A stretch of DNA of 58,001 nucleotides, filler included, from Blastocystis sp. subtype 4 (lineage: Eukaryota), in assembly GCF_000743755.1 (NCBI RefSeq). It is 3 parts of 3 records of this genome, joined end to end, with 100 filler letters (N's around TTAATTAATTAA, not from the genome) between each part and the next. Parts side by side here need not be neighbours in the genome. Positions count along the whole stretch, not along the records: positions 1 to 19,446 come from NW_014569338.1; positions 19,547 to 38,734 come from NW_014569335.1; 1 more part is not named here. One strand, written 5' to 3'. This document shows, one piece after another, positions 13,201 to 24,334 of this stretch. Numbering within the stretch: position 1 is the first letter of the stretch; the number at the start of each line of letters is the position of its first letter. A model generated the notes under the pieces. It was not told the origin of the DNA. It worked only from the letters and a program-made list of their open reading frames with translations, and made no database searches. A program made the position numbers and the translations under genes.

Positions 13201-13369
13201 CTCCTCCTGCTTCTACTTCGGGTGAAGGTGAGATTATCATTACTTTGAGCGTCCTTCCGTCAAATGAGCAAGATTTGCAAGTGCACAATTTCACTCCGTT
13301 TCTATTGAGTCCTAACTCTATTTGTTTTCTTCTGGATTTCACGTTGTCGGTCACGAATATCTTCAGCTA

Positions 13370-14947
13370 ATGCGATTCCGACTTTGGGTTTCCTTTGTAC
13401 TCATCATGGTTGTTACTACATGTGTGTTTGTGATGTATTCACTCATATCGGAGAGTGAAAACCAGTTGAGTCATTTTAAACATATTATAGAGGATTCGTA
13501 GGTATGATAGAGAAACTGAACTGTAGTCCGGTCAAACAAATAGCAGTTGTTACGGATGATATCCAAACAAACATCAGTGAAAGGGAGAACGGTGCTCTTT
13601 CATCCTCAGTCTTACGTTTCTTTGCAAATGGATCCCTAGATACGTTTCAAACACGTATTAACTTTCGAAATCCTTCTTGGTATGACGAGTTTTTGGAGAT
13701 TCAGTCTCATCTTTCGAATGTCAAAAGGATCAATGAAACTGAAATAAATGCATGGTGGTCAGGATTGAAGGGAATGTCAGACGCCCGACTGATGCAAGAC
13801 TATGCGATTATCTCGAATGGTTGTTTCTCCAATCCCTATGGGTCAATCTTTCTTCACGAATCGGCTGTAGGAACCATTGAGAAGAGTGCCAAGGAGGTGA
13901 CCAAAGGAAAGGACTTTTATTGTATCTACAGGAGGTACGAATGACCATTAGACAACCAAATTCATAGTAGGGCAAATCCTGTGGAGGAGAAGATGGTGTT
14001 ACAAGATGAGAAGCACATTTTGTTGCTTCATCCCCGTCAATACTCCAACATCTTCCATATCTTAGAGGGCAGTACCATGATGCTCCGTCTAGCTATTCAT
14101 CCTGAACTTTTTCCAAATGTGCGTAGTGATTGATTCATCTCCCCTAGATCACACATGTCTTGTTCATTCAAGAGCCTCGAGCAAATGATAACTCCTGGAG
14201 CCAAGTACTCAAGTCGCTCTATCTCGACATCTTCCCGCAACACTCGCGTCCTCAGTATGTCTCGAAACAACTCTCGATTAGTGATTTACCCATGGTTTGT
14301 GATCGTGCGTTGGTCGTTGCTAAGGCCTGGGAGGTTGAGGGAACTGGAGGTTTCATCGGAGAACCGTTAGCGGCCGATCTGTTGCGTGCTGTTGCTTATA
14401 AACGAATTCATTGGCAACCAACATTACAAACTCCTTCTCGCTTACGTGGAGGTCTCGTTTTAAGAAAAGGGAAACGGAAGATTCTGAATTATGGCGAAAT
14501 CTGGAATACCCTGAATTCAACCTTTTATTCACAAGTACTTTTAAAGAATTGAGTGACATGTAGATGGAGTTACAACAGGTCGTATTGGAAAAGATGAATG
14601 GAGTGGATCAAATCTCCCTCTTTGCTTCACTAGATCTTATTATTGGTGCTCATGGTGCGGCAATGACGAATATCATTTTTATGATACCAAATTCTCTCAT
14701 GTACGAATTGTTCCCTCCTCAGTGGAAGTTTGCTTGTTATTACCGTCTTTCCAAAAATTGTAACATTTTGTATGTAAAGGACACAGCAGAGGGTGAAATA
14801 GGCCGCGAATGTAGAAAGAGTCTAAACACGTTGGCCTGTCAGTATCGGGGTATTCGGGATCGTGACTTTACGATGAAGGTAGATGTAGTGGTAAAAACTG
14901 TTGAAAAGTCGCTTCAACGGGTTTTACAGATGAAATACAAAAAGTGA
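13370..14947 (+). CDS. Second GT61-like type II membrane glycosyltransferase (spliced)
   Basis: Anchor MRFRLWVSFVLIMVVTTCVFVMYSLI, YSNIFHILE and QISLFASLDLIIGAHGAAMTNIIFM...YELFP. Paralog of the gene at 2849-4449. Confidence 0.8.
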
Positions 14948-14991
14948 TGTGTTTGTTTTACGAAACGATGATATGCCATTTAACGCCTGTG

Positions 14992-17900
14992 ATGAGCGAT
15001 TCCAAGGCGCACATTGATGAAAATGAAGGGAATGAGAAAAATCAAAGTAAAGAATGAGCAAAGATCTTGATTTGTAGAAGATTCGCGTCTAGCTGAATGG
15101 CTTGCCGATAATGGTCTGTTACGGAATTCTATTATCTTTGGAAATGATTTGTAGGTATTATGAATCGTTCAAGAGCAATTCAATCACATATGAATTGTTA
15201 CCAGAATTGGATGATAAATACATTGATACATTGGGTATTTATGCTGTTGGAGATCGGATTCGGTTGGAAAAGGCTCTTCTTACATTGAAACCAGAGGTAT
15301 GAAAGAGGGAATTGTTTCAATCAAAGAAAAAGCCGGAGATCGAACTGATAAGAAAACGATCTTTTGCAACAGATCCTTCTGCAAATGATACATCGGAATT
15401 GCGGAGTCGTTCTGTGTCATCTCAACACGCTAGGCATCCGTAGTGTTCTCTATGGATGGAACTAATATGTAGTTCCCGAAATCAGTTTACCTCCGATTAT
15501 CAGTTTTCAACTCGTGCCTTCCAGAATGATACTCTGGTTGATGATGATATGGATTATTCGTATTCATATCGTTCAGATGGTGGTTTATTACTGAATCCTT
15601 ACAATACAACAGGAACACTCCGTAATGCTCGCACCATTGGGAATTATCGTAGTTTTGATATCACCTTTTCGTGTGAATGATTGAGAGTACTTAAGGATAG
15701 TCCTCGAGAAGCAGCGGGAAATGAGATGACATACTCATCATCGGTCACAAGTCAAGGAGATTTGAATCGCATGATTGCTGCACATTCTTATGTTAGTGAC
15801 GTATTAATTGGAGATACAGTGAAAGAGAATTCACATGAGAAACAAGTCCAGAAGGATTGGAGGGACAGTTTGTATCAACGTGTTGGTGTTCAGTTGTGTG
15901 TTTGAATTAGGCTCATCCAGAAGATGCAGAAGACTTACATGTGATATGTGATCTGTTGAGTCATGGTGTGGTGAAATTGGATGGTTTGAAGAATGTTCAT
16001 GATGAGAAGGAGTGTATGAGTGAAATAGTACGTGTTTATGATCAATTGAAAGGGATTGAAAGTGGCATGACACATAACAGAGTATTCAGATGAATATGAG
16101 TGTGAGTGTAGATGTTAACTGAAGGACAAATCATGAGTAATAACGGTTTTTTGATTATTCAGGTATGTGGTGAATGTGATTGTGTTATTGTTTGAATCAT
16201 CATTCAATTGTACATTTTCATTCTGTTGTTCTCTCATTTGGGGTCAATCATTCAATCATTCTCACACACTTATTCATCTCTCTACATCACATTCTCACTC
16301 AATCATTCATTCATCTCTCTCATTTACTATCATTCATTCTCTCACTCACATCACATCATATTCATCTCTCATACTCTGTAGACTGTTCATGACAGTCATA
16401 ATGTGAACGATGTATCGTTCTACAAAGTGAATTCACCCCTTACAATCAATTCAGAACCAGTTAAGTACTCTCATATATTCTCTCTCGATCAGATACGTAT
16501 TCCTCGTCACAGCGGATGGTACTCATGGAATCTGGAGCAGTAGTCTATTCTCTGTATTGGTCAAAGCGTCAACAGATCCTGATCTCTACAATGAGTTATA
16601 TCTGGCTAATGATACTGAACACATCATTAGAGCTATTGCTCACGTTGCTGTGAAAATTCAAATCGTATAGTATGGAATTCGTTGATTATCAAGCCTAAAC
16701 AACATCATTATACACGCAAAGAGAAACCATTTGGAGGACTTGTTCGAGATATTAGGAAACGAAGTAGTTTCTACGTATCTGACTTCAGTGATGGATATAC
16801 AATAAATACCATCATCAAAACGTATGTGACACAAATCGGCTCTTTTTTAGTCTTGTCATTTTTACTTCCCAATTAGGTCCAGCTTTGATCTTTGGTGTGT
16901 TGTTAAGCAAGTATTCAAACCACAATATGGGTACCATTGAAACACTTCTGGGTTCTGCTATCACTTATATACTCTGGGGATTGATAGGTGGTCAACCTAT
17001 GATTTTGATGGGACTCACCGGACCAATCGCCATCTTTGTTGGTGTCGTATACGATTGGGCCATGTTGATAATGATTGGTTGATTGAAGCATAGAAGATTG
17101 AAACTCCCATTTTTTGTATTGTATGAATGGACAGGGATTTGGACATCCCTCTTATTATTGTTAATCATTGCATTCAACAAGGCAATGATCGTAATAATAT
17201 GGAATCTCTCTGATTGTAGTTCTCACCAATCACTTCATTTACGAAGAATGTGTTTTCTTCTCTCACTTCAGTTCTCTTCATTGTGGAAGTCTTCAAATAC
17301 ATTTCGAAGAATCTACTTACATCATCTTCAACCCTAGGAATATCTGAGACAAATCAAACTGAAGGTCTATTTAGTGTGGTTGTCATATGCATTACTGTTG
17401 TGGTCATGCAAATATTCAGAAACATCAAGAATACGTCAGATTCACTTACAGTTATCAATCATAGTACCTTCCTGGTTCAGTGGCTGCGAATTGGGATTCG
17501 ATTGGGATCCCAACTTTTGACTGTTCTGGTGGTTACATTCATAATTCATAAAACCTTTCCTTCATTCTCATACACAACAATTTCTCTTCCAAACACTACA
17601 GTTTGCATGAATGTACTCACTAATTGATAGTCACTGGATCCTTCGTACATTGAGAGATCTTGGTTTGTCAATCCATTTCGTTATGAATCCGTTTTGGCTA
17701 TAAATGATTGGTACACGTATCTTATCTGGTTTACAGACTTACATTCAGTCCATCTAATGAAACTGTCACAATGTGTCCTTATTCTTCTACTCCTCTTTCA
17801 GAAGGTTATTGTATCGTAATTCGTATAGTCTTTACTTCATTGATAGTTCCCTTGGTGGGCTATTCTAGGTAGTATCATTCCCGCGGTTTTCTTTACAATA

Positions 17901-18743
17901 TCCAAATAATCCTTTATTCTGTCTTCTTAATGTCTGATTTTGGTTTATCTGGAGGATAATATCACTTCGGGACTCATTGAAAAGCCCGCCAACAATTTGA
18001 AAAAGGGCGGGCCATATGATTATCTGGATACATTAGCAACAGCCATACTGACATTGATTCTCTCTCTCTTCGGTTTACCATGGGTCTCTGCAATGTATAT
18101 TCGTTCTGCTTATCATCTGCAGATATCCATTTTTTGAGACTATTTTTGGTTTCCATAATTTAAGGGATTATCTGTAATTGAAGATGTTTACAAACCCTAC
18201 GGATCCTTTGAAGAACGATACATTCAAGTAACAGAAACACGAGTACCAGGAATTGTGATGGGCGTACTGTCTGTTTGTATTGGTTCAATCTAGGTTCTAT
18301 TCCTTTTTATCATGTTCTTTAATAGCATTCTTCAAACTCTATCAGAAGCGTACAGTAATTATAATTCTTTTATAATTAGTATGGTGTATGGATTATTACT
18401 GTACATGGGAATTGATATGTTTGTTACGGAGGGTTTATTTCGAGGGATAAAATTGATATTCATTGATCGATCTCTATTTAATGAAGGACAACAAGGGGTT
18501 GTAAGTGATTGATAGATGACTGAGATGAAGATTTCTCTAACGAAGATCAACTTGTATACCATTGTTCAGCTGGTTTTACTGTGTTTGTTGTTGGCTTTAA
18601 AGGGTTCTGTGACGACTGCTATGCTGTTTCCTTTGGGTTTGCTAGCTTTGATTTATGTTCGTGTGTATTTGTTACCATGGTTGTTTACAAAGAAAGAATT
18701 GAATCAATTAGATCCCATTGTTTATCAGGATCATTCAGACTAG
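14992..18743 (+). CDS. SLC4/BOR1-family anion transporter with an N-terminal SAM domain (many exons)
   Basis: SAM: LAEWLADNGL..YYESFKSNSITYELLPELDDKYIDTLGIYAVGDRIRL. SLC4: PFGGLVRDIRKRSSFYVSDFSDG, GGQPMILMGLTGP, LKKGGPYDYLD, VTETRVPG, VYGLLLYMG. Confidence 0.75.
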
Positions 18744-18899
18744 AATATGTGTTTGTTAGAAGTCAATTAGATCTTCAGTCTGTTTACTAATGAATGAACC
18801 TTGATGCAGATTGATTGATAGGCGAAGAAACAATCTATTGATAAGCTGATTGAACAATGACTTCTTGTGACTACTCCATATTGATTGATTATCAAAACA

Positions 18900-19446
18900 A
18901 ACAAAAGAAACTCAATCTCGAGGCCAAAACAAATCACGAGAAGGATAAGAAGCAAATTCATTCCATCGATAAGAAGGAAGAGTCACAGAACAAACTCGCT
19001 CTCGCAACTCTTTCATATCAAACAATACATTCTTCTCTTCATTGGTACAACTGCAAGTACCTCGAGAATAATAGATTCGACTTCGATTCACAAATTCATT
19101 TGAACGACCATTCATCAACTCACATTCATCAGGAGAACCATGAATAAAACGAATAGGACCATTCACTACTACAGAACTACGATAACAATTAGATGAACCC
19201 ATAAACACACCATCTTGATTCACACCATTCGAAGCAAAGAACCAATTGTTACTCAACCATTTGAAATTGAACAAACCTAATCGAGTGAACAACCAACGAA
19301 TAGGAATCATTCCACCTTGATCATCACGTTGATGTATTAGTCGCATATACCGATAACAGGATTTCCAGAATTTGTGACTATTAGGAGAATTGCGAGAAAG
19401 AACAGCTCCACCTGAAATAAGTCCTGAAGGAAGTTCTCGATTTGAG
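18900..19446 (-). CDS. Possible spliced gene fragment truncated by the assembly gap
   Basis: Open frames with a hydrophobic stretch (ELFFLAILLIVTN) and intron-like segments. No family recognised. Confidence 0.25.
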
Positions 19447-19546
19447 NNNNNNNNNNNNNNNNNNNNNNNNNNNNNNNNNNNNNNNNNNNNTTAATTAATT
19501 AANNNNNNNNNNNNNNNNNNNNNNNNNNNNNNNNNNNNNNNNNNNN
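19447..19546. other. Assembly gap: 100-bp N-pad with TTAATTAATTAA linker
   Basis: 44 N + TTAATTAATTAA (stops in all six frames) + 44 N. Confidence 0.95.
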
Positions 19547-19588
19547 TTTCGGTTTTCCAGCCGTTCGTGTTCCCATTGAAGCTGATGA

Positions 19589-20897
19589 ATGGAGAATGGA
19601 GTGAAAACAATGAAACCAACAATATGGATTAATTCCCGTGATTCTATATCGCCTCATTTTCACTCCAAAACCGTGATTTGCTGGTTGTAATTCATTTGAT
19701 GCGTGGGAGAGATATTGTTGTACTTCAAATCGGTAATTCGCGTTCCAAAGGTGTCTATCTCTCCAATGATGAAATTCAGATAATAAGTACTGATTCGGGT
19801 AGTTTGACTCTATCAAGTGAAGTATCAATTACCGATTCTACAGTTTATGTAGGAGATGTGTACGTTCAGGATCGGTATCCGTGCCGTACCATTCGGAGAG
19901 CCTTTCGACTGTTAAATCGATCAATTATTTCTCCAGAAGCCGAAGAAGAAATGAATCTATCATCTGTACCTATTGTGGAGGATTCTGAAGGTCGACTAGC
20001 TTTTCATATCGAAGGATCAGAAAAAGAATTCTATTATCCAGAAGATATTATTATGGAAATTGTGAGAGCTTTGCTCAAGTTGTGTGTTCAACGGTCTAAT
20101 GAAACGATTACTCGTTGTGCCCTCGTAATTCCAGATGGTTATTCCCAGGAAGACTCAAATGCCTTCAAAGCAGCCGTTGAGAAAGTTGGACTCAAAGTGG
20201 AGTGTTTGATGGAAGAGTCAGTTTGTCTAGGATGGTATATTAAGGAAGAACATCAATTCGATACTGCTTCTGTGGCTTGGGATGATGGATACATTCTTGT
20301 CTATAATATGGGATGTTGTGGTTTCTCATCCTCTATTATTCGGCGAATGGATGATAAGATGCTCCTTGCAAGTTCTATGGATCTAAGTCTTGGAGGGAAG
20401 CAGATCACTAGGTTGATTATTGAGTACATGGCTAATACAGTGCAGCATCGTTATAAATGTGATTTATTGAATGGAGTAGAAGGGAGTGTGACCTGGGTGA
20501 AGGAGTTCAATAAGTTGGCTCGTTCAGTTGATGAGGCCCTGGTTTGTCTTCATGATACTGATGAGATTGAAATTGAATTTCCTGCAACTTGTCGTCGTTT
20601 TATTCATAAGAAGAGAGAGTCCGAGGATGAGTATATGACAGTCTCTCGTGCAGATGTGAAGAGGATTCTTGATCCATTCATTCGACGTAGTCTAAATGTA
20701 TGTGAAATGACGTTGAAAAAAGCAGGATTGAGAAAAGATGAACTATTTCGAGTGTATCCTCTCGGAGGATGCTGTTATAATCCAATCATTCAAAATGAAC
20801 TGAAACAGTATTTTGGAAGTGGTATTGTAGTTTATAATTATGATATGAGTACTTGTTCTGTTAAGGGATTAGGATATTATGTTCGTGACAATCTCTG
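19589..20897 (+). CDS. Highly divergent Hsp70-like ATPase-domain-only protein (stop completed by poly(A); start approximate)
   Basis: YYPEDIIMEIVRAL, CALVIPDGY, ILVYNMGCCGFSSSII, LSLGGKQIT and VYPLGGCCYNPIIQNELKQYFG align in order with Hsp70 NBD motifs. Confidence 0.7.
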
Positions 20898-20962
20898 TAC
20901 CTGTTTGTTAATAAGAAACATGATATAAAGCAAATACACGAACTCAAAACAAGCAGCAATGC

Positions 20963-23643
20963 TTACTTCTTGACTGGAGCCTTCTTCTTCTTCTTTGGTT
21001 TGGCTGGACCCAATTCACCTAATGCACCTCCAGCCGGCTTCTCTCCATCTCCTCGTCTTCTTCGTCGTTCCTTTGTTTCACCCTCTTCTTTCTTCTCTTC
21101 TTTCTTTCCCTTCTTGCTCTTCTTTCCCTTCTTCTCTTTCTTCTCCTTCTTCTCCTTCGCTGGTTTACTTTCTGCTTCTTCTGGTTTTGCTTCTACTTCG
21201 GCTGGAGAGGCTGGCTTCTCTTCAGTTTCAACCGGCAAATCAGGCTTGACTTCCTCTTCTTGTTTGGGTTCTGACTCTACTGCTGGAGGCTCCACTGCAG
21301 CTGTCTCGGGTTCTGAATCTGAATGAATCACAAAGTCATCAATGACTGCAGGAACCGTCTCTGGAGGCACCTCTGATTCCACAGTTGTTTCTTTAGGAAC
21401 AGCAGGCTCTTCTGGAGGAGGTACTGGACGAGGATTCTCCACAGGTAAGTCTTCATCGGAGAAGACCTCCTCTGAATCTGACATCACAAAGGCTACGTCT
21501 TTCGGTTCCTTCTCCTCTTTCTCTTCTTTCTTTCCCTTCCTTGATTTCTTCTCCTTCTTTGGTTCTTTCTTCACCTCCTGCTTCTTTTCAGATAATTCCT
21601 CCTCACTGAATTCTCCATCAGACACAGCTTCCTTCTTCACTTCTTTCTTCACTGGTTCTCTCTTTGGTGATTCCTCCTCACTGAATCCATCATCAGACAT
21701 AACTTCCTTCTTCACTTCCTGCTTCTTTTCAGATAATTCCTCCTCACTGAATTCTCCATCTGACACAGCTTCCTTCTTCACTTCCTTCTTCACCGGTTCT
21801 TCATCATATTCATCATCATATTCATAATCACTATACGAATAACTATAATCACTATACGAATAATCTTCTTCTTCCTCCTTCTTTACTTCCTCCTGAACTT
21901 CTTCCTTCTTCTCTTCACTCTTTTTCACCACTTTCGGAGGATTCACTCCCATGTACCAACGACTGCCTGTAGGAACCAATTCTTTCTCTTCTTCACGTTT
22001 CACAAAGGATTTCGCTGCCATACTTCGTTGGAACATTGGAGCAGAATCCATCTTCAGAATTGGTGATTTCCAGCGTGGTGGAGCTATAGGAACTTCTACA
22101 TCATCTTCTTCTGGATCCCATATATCTTCATACTTCTTCTTCTCTTCCTCTTTCTTCGCCTCTGCCTCTTCAGGTGTGATAAACAAATCATCCATATCCG
22201 GCTTATCAAATGCCACACGAACAGGACGAGGAAGACGATTCTTGGCCAAGTAATTACTCAATCTGGCCTGTAACACGGATATTCGAGTTAATTTGGCTTC
22301 AACTTCAGCTTGAGTCGCATCTAACTTCGCCTGAGCCTTTGCTATCTCCTCTCGAAGTGCTTCATTCGATTCTTGCTTCTCCTCAACTTCTTTGCATTTC
22401 GCTTCGTATGACTCCTTCTGCTCTTGCCAACGTTGCATATTCGAGCTCCAACGTGCACTTAACAACTCTTTATTTTCAAGAACAACCGCGGGAATTTGAT
22501 CTTCTTCTGCAGGAGATGGTTCCAACTCGTTATCATCAAACGGGTTAATGGGAATGGCTGTCATTGCGAGACTCACATCCAGATCCTCCTCAGGCTTCTT
22601 CTCTTCCTCTTCTTCAAGGTCCAATCTCTTAACCACCGTAGCCTGGCGTGCTGATGGTTCTTCTGTCTCCTTAGGCTCCTTTGTGGTATCCTGGTTCAGT
22701 TCCATAAATCCAAGGTCCAGATCCACCACTTCTGCAGAGTTTGCAGAGTCAATCTTAGGTTCAGAATCAGGTTCTACTGTTGGTTCTGTTGTCGAAAGCC
22801 CAAAGTCAAGGAAATCAAAAGCAGAGTCTGCTGATGGAGGTGGCTGTATTGGTTCCGACTCTGGAGAGTCCTTTACAGGTTCTTCCAAACCAATATCTCC
22901 CATCTCTGATTGCACTGGTTCTTGAACCAGTTCGTTCATGGGTTCTTGTACAGACTCCTTATCAGGTTCCTCCATTGGCTCTTCCAAAGTCTCCTCTACT
23001 GGTCCTCCCAAAGTCACCTCTGTTGGCTCTTCCAAAGGTTCCTTCTCCAACTCCTGCACTGGTGGCTCCAATCCAAAGTCCAACACTGGTTCTTCTTCAG
23101 CAATAGGTGCAGTTTCTTTTGGTTCAGAAGGAATCTCGTTCTCACTCACCAGCGGAACTTCGGCTTTCACCTTATTAGGAGGAATTAAATGCGACGGAAG
23201 AGTCATAGGAATAGGAATACCCTACTAATTACCAAAACCCCACAAACTGACATAACGACAAGTCATTACGATATGAATAGCAGCAATAAACTCAGGGAGG
23301 TCAAGCATTCCATCGTTGTCCATATCGCACATATGATAAACACGTTCTAGATCTTTCAGTTGTAAACCGCTCTGCATGAAATAGCCAACTGCTTCTGTCT
23401 GATTTACGAAACCGTCTCGGTCTGAATCCTACTCAATTAACAAAACACTTCGATCCAACCATTGTATAAAATAGCTGTGTATAATAGGTGCTCTGCTGTT
23501 GGTTCATTACAAAAGGATCGTAATCCATTTGCTGAGGAATAGAAACACCCATCATCATTGGATTGAACGAAGCAGCACTGTGAGCTTGCTGGTAATACTG
23601 TTGACTACAAAATGAACATATCCATCTCACTTTCCCACTTCAT
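20963..23643 (-). CDS. EH-domain (Eps15-homology) endocytic adaptor-like protein with coiled coil and long acidic/Lys-rich tail
   Basis: Exons give DSDRDGFVNQTEAVGYFMQSGL...DMDNDGMLDLPEFIAAIHIV...GIPIPMTLPSHLIPP. An NPF motif is present (PINPFDD). Confidence 0.75.
21567..21799 (-). repeat. In-frame duplication with 141-nt period (KKEAVSDGEFSEEELSEKKQEVKKE twice)
   Basis: Near-identical CTTCTTTTCAGATAATTCCTCCTCACTGAATTCTCCATC at 21581 and 21722. Confidence 0.85.
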
Positions 23644-24334
23644 CCGCAAAATGTTAACGATCTATTACTATTTCCTTCTATTGATTAATAAAAACAATCA
23701 CAAAATACTTAGTACAAATAGATGCCTAATAGATTTGCTAACAGCACTACTATTAATGACAATCGACAATGATCCAATTAAGGATACATATCAGACACAA
23801 TGGCCCCAATTGTACATTTCATACCTTTAATATTGCAACCTTTAGCAATATTTTAATCAATTCGATCCTATAAATCTATTTCACTAGGTGTTGACTAGAA
23901 CAAGAGTCAAAGTGATTCTATTTACTCTTGAGAATCGAAAACCAAGAACAGAAAAGGAACTGTATATTGGTCTGCATCACATTCCATGCTGTCCACTTAC
24001 CCTAGTATCGCAGTTTGCATAGTAATAGAGTGTTTCTGAAGAGTTTTAGCATTGATCAGATCATCATGAACCCCCTGGATTGGATTCTACCCCATCCAAG
24101 AATTATCGTTTTTTCATTCTTTCTGTTAGAGGTAAGTTATAGTCTGAAAGCCCATAGTCAAAACGTTTCTACTCTGTCTGTGGGTAGAGACGGCCGTATT
24201 GGGCATAAAACGATGTACTGTTGTCTGACAGGCATCTCGATAGTGTGTTGTTTGTCTTGGAATAGTTCAATACTAATCACTTTTAGCATTGATTTGTTTG
24301 TTAGAAGAAACAAGTCACAGCAAACAGCCACTCA

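Noticed and set aside
15941..16381. Purine-rich then pyrimidine-rich halves suggesting a large fold-back intron
   Set aside because: The purine-rich half reads as coding sequence of the SLC4 cytoplasmic domain (LLSHGVVKLDGL...). The complementarity is only compositional.
19491..19502. Palindromic TTAATTAATTAA within N runs (also 38779-38790)
   Set aside because: Artificial scaffolding linker. Gene adjacency across these gaps should not be trusted.
20970..23228. Multiple plus-strand Ser/Phe-rich ORFs
   Set aside because: Antisense shadows of the Glu/Lys-rich EH-domain gene.
23940..24302. Possible small spliced plus-strand gene ending at a TGTTTGTT
   Set aside because: No convincing start codon or recognisable product.
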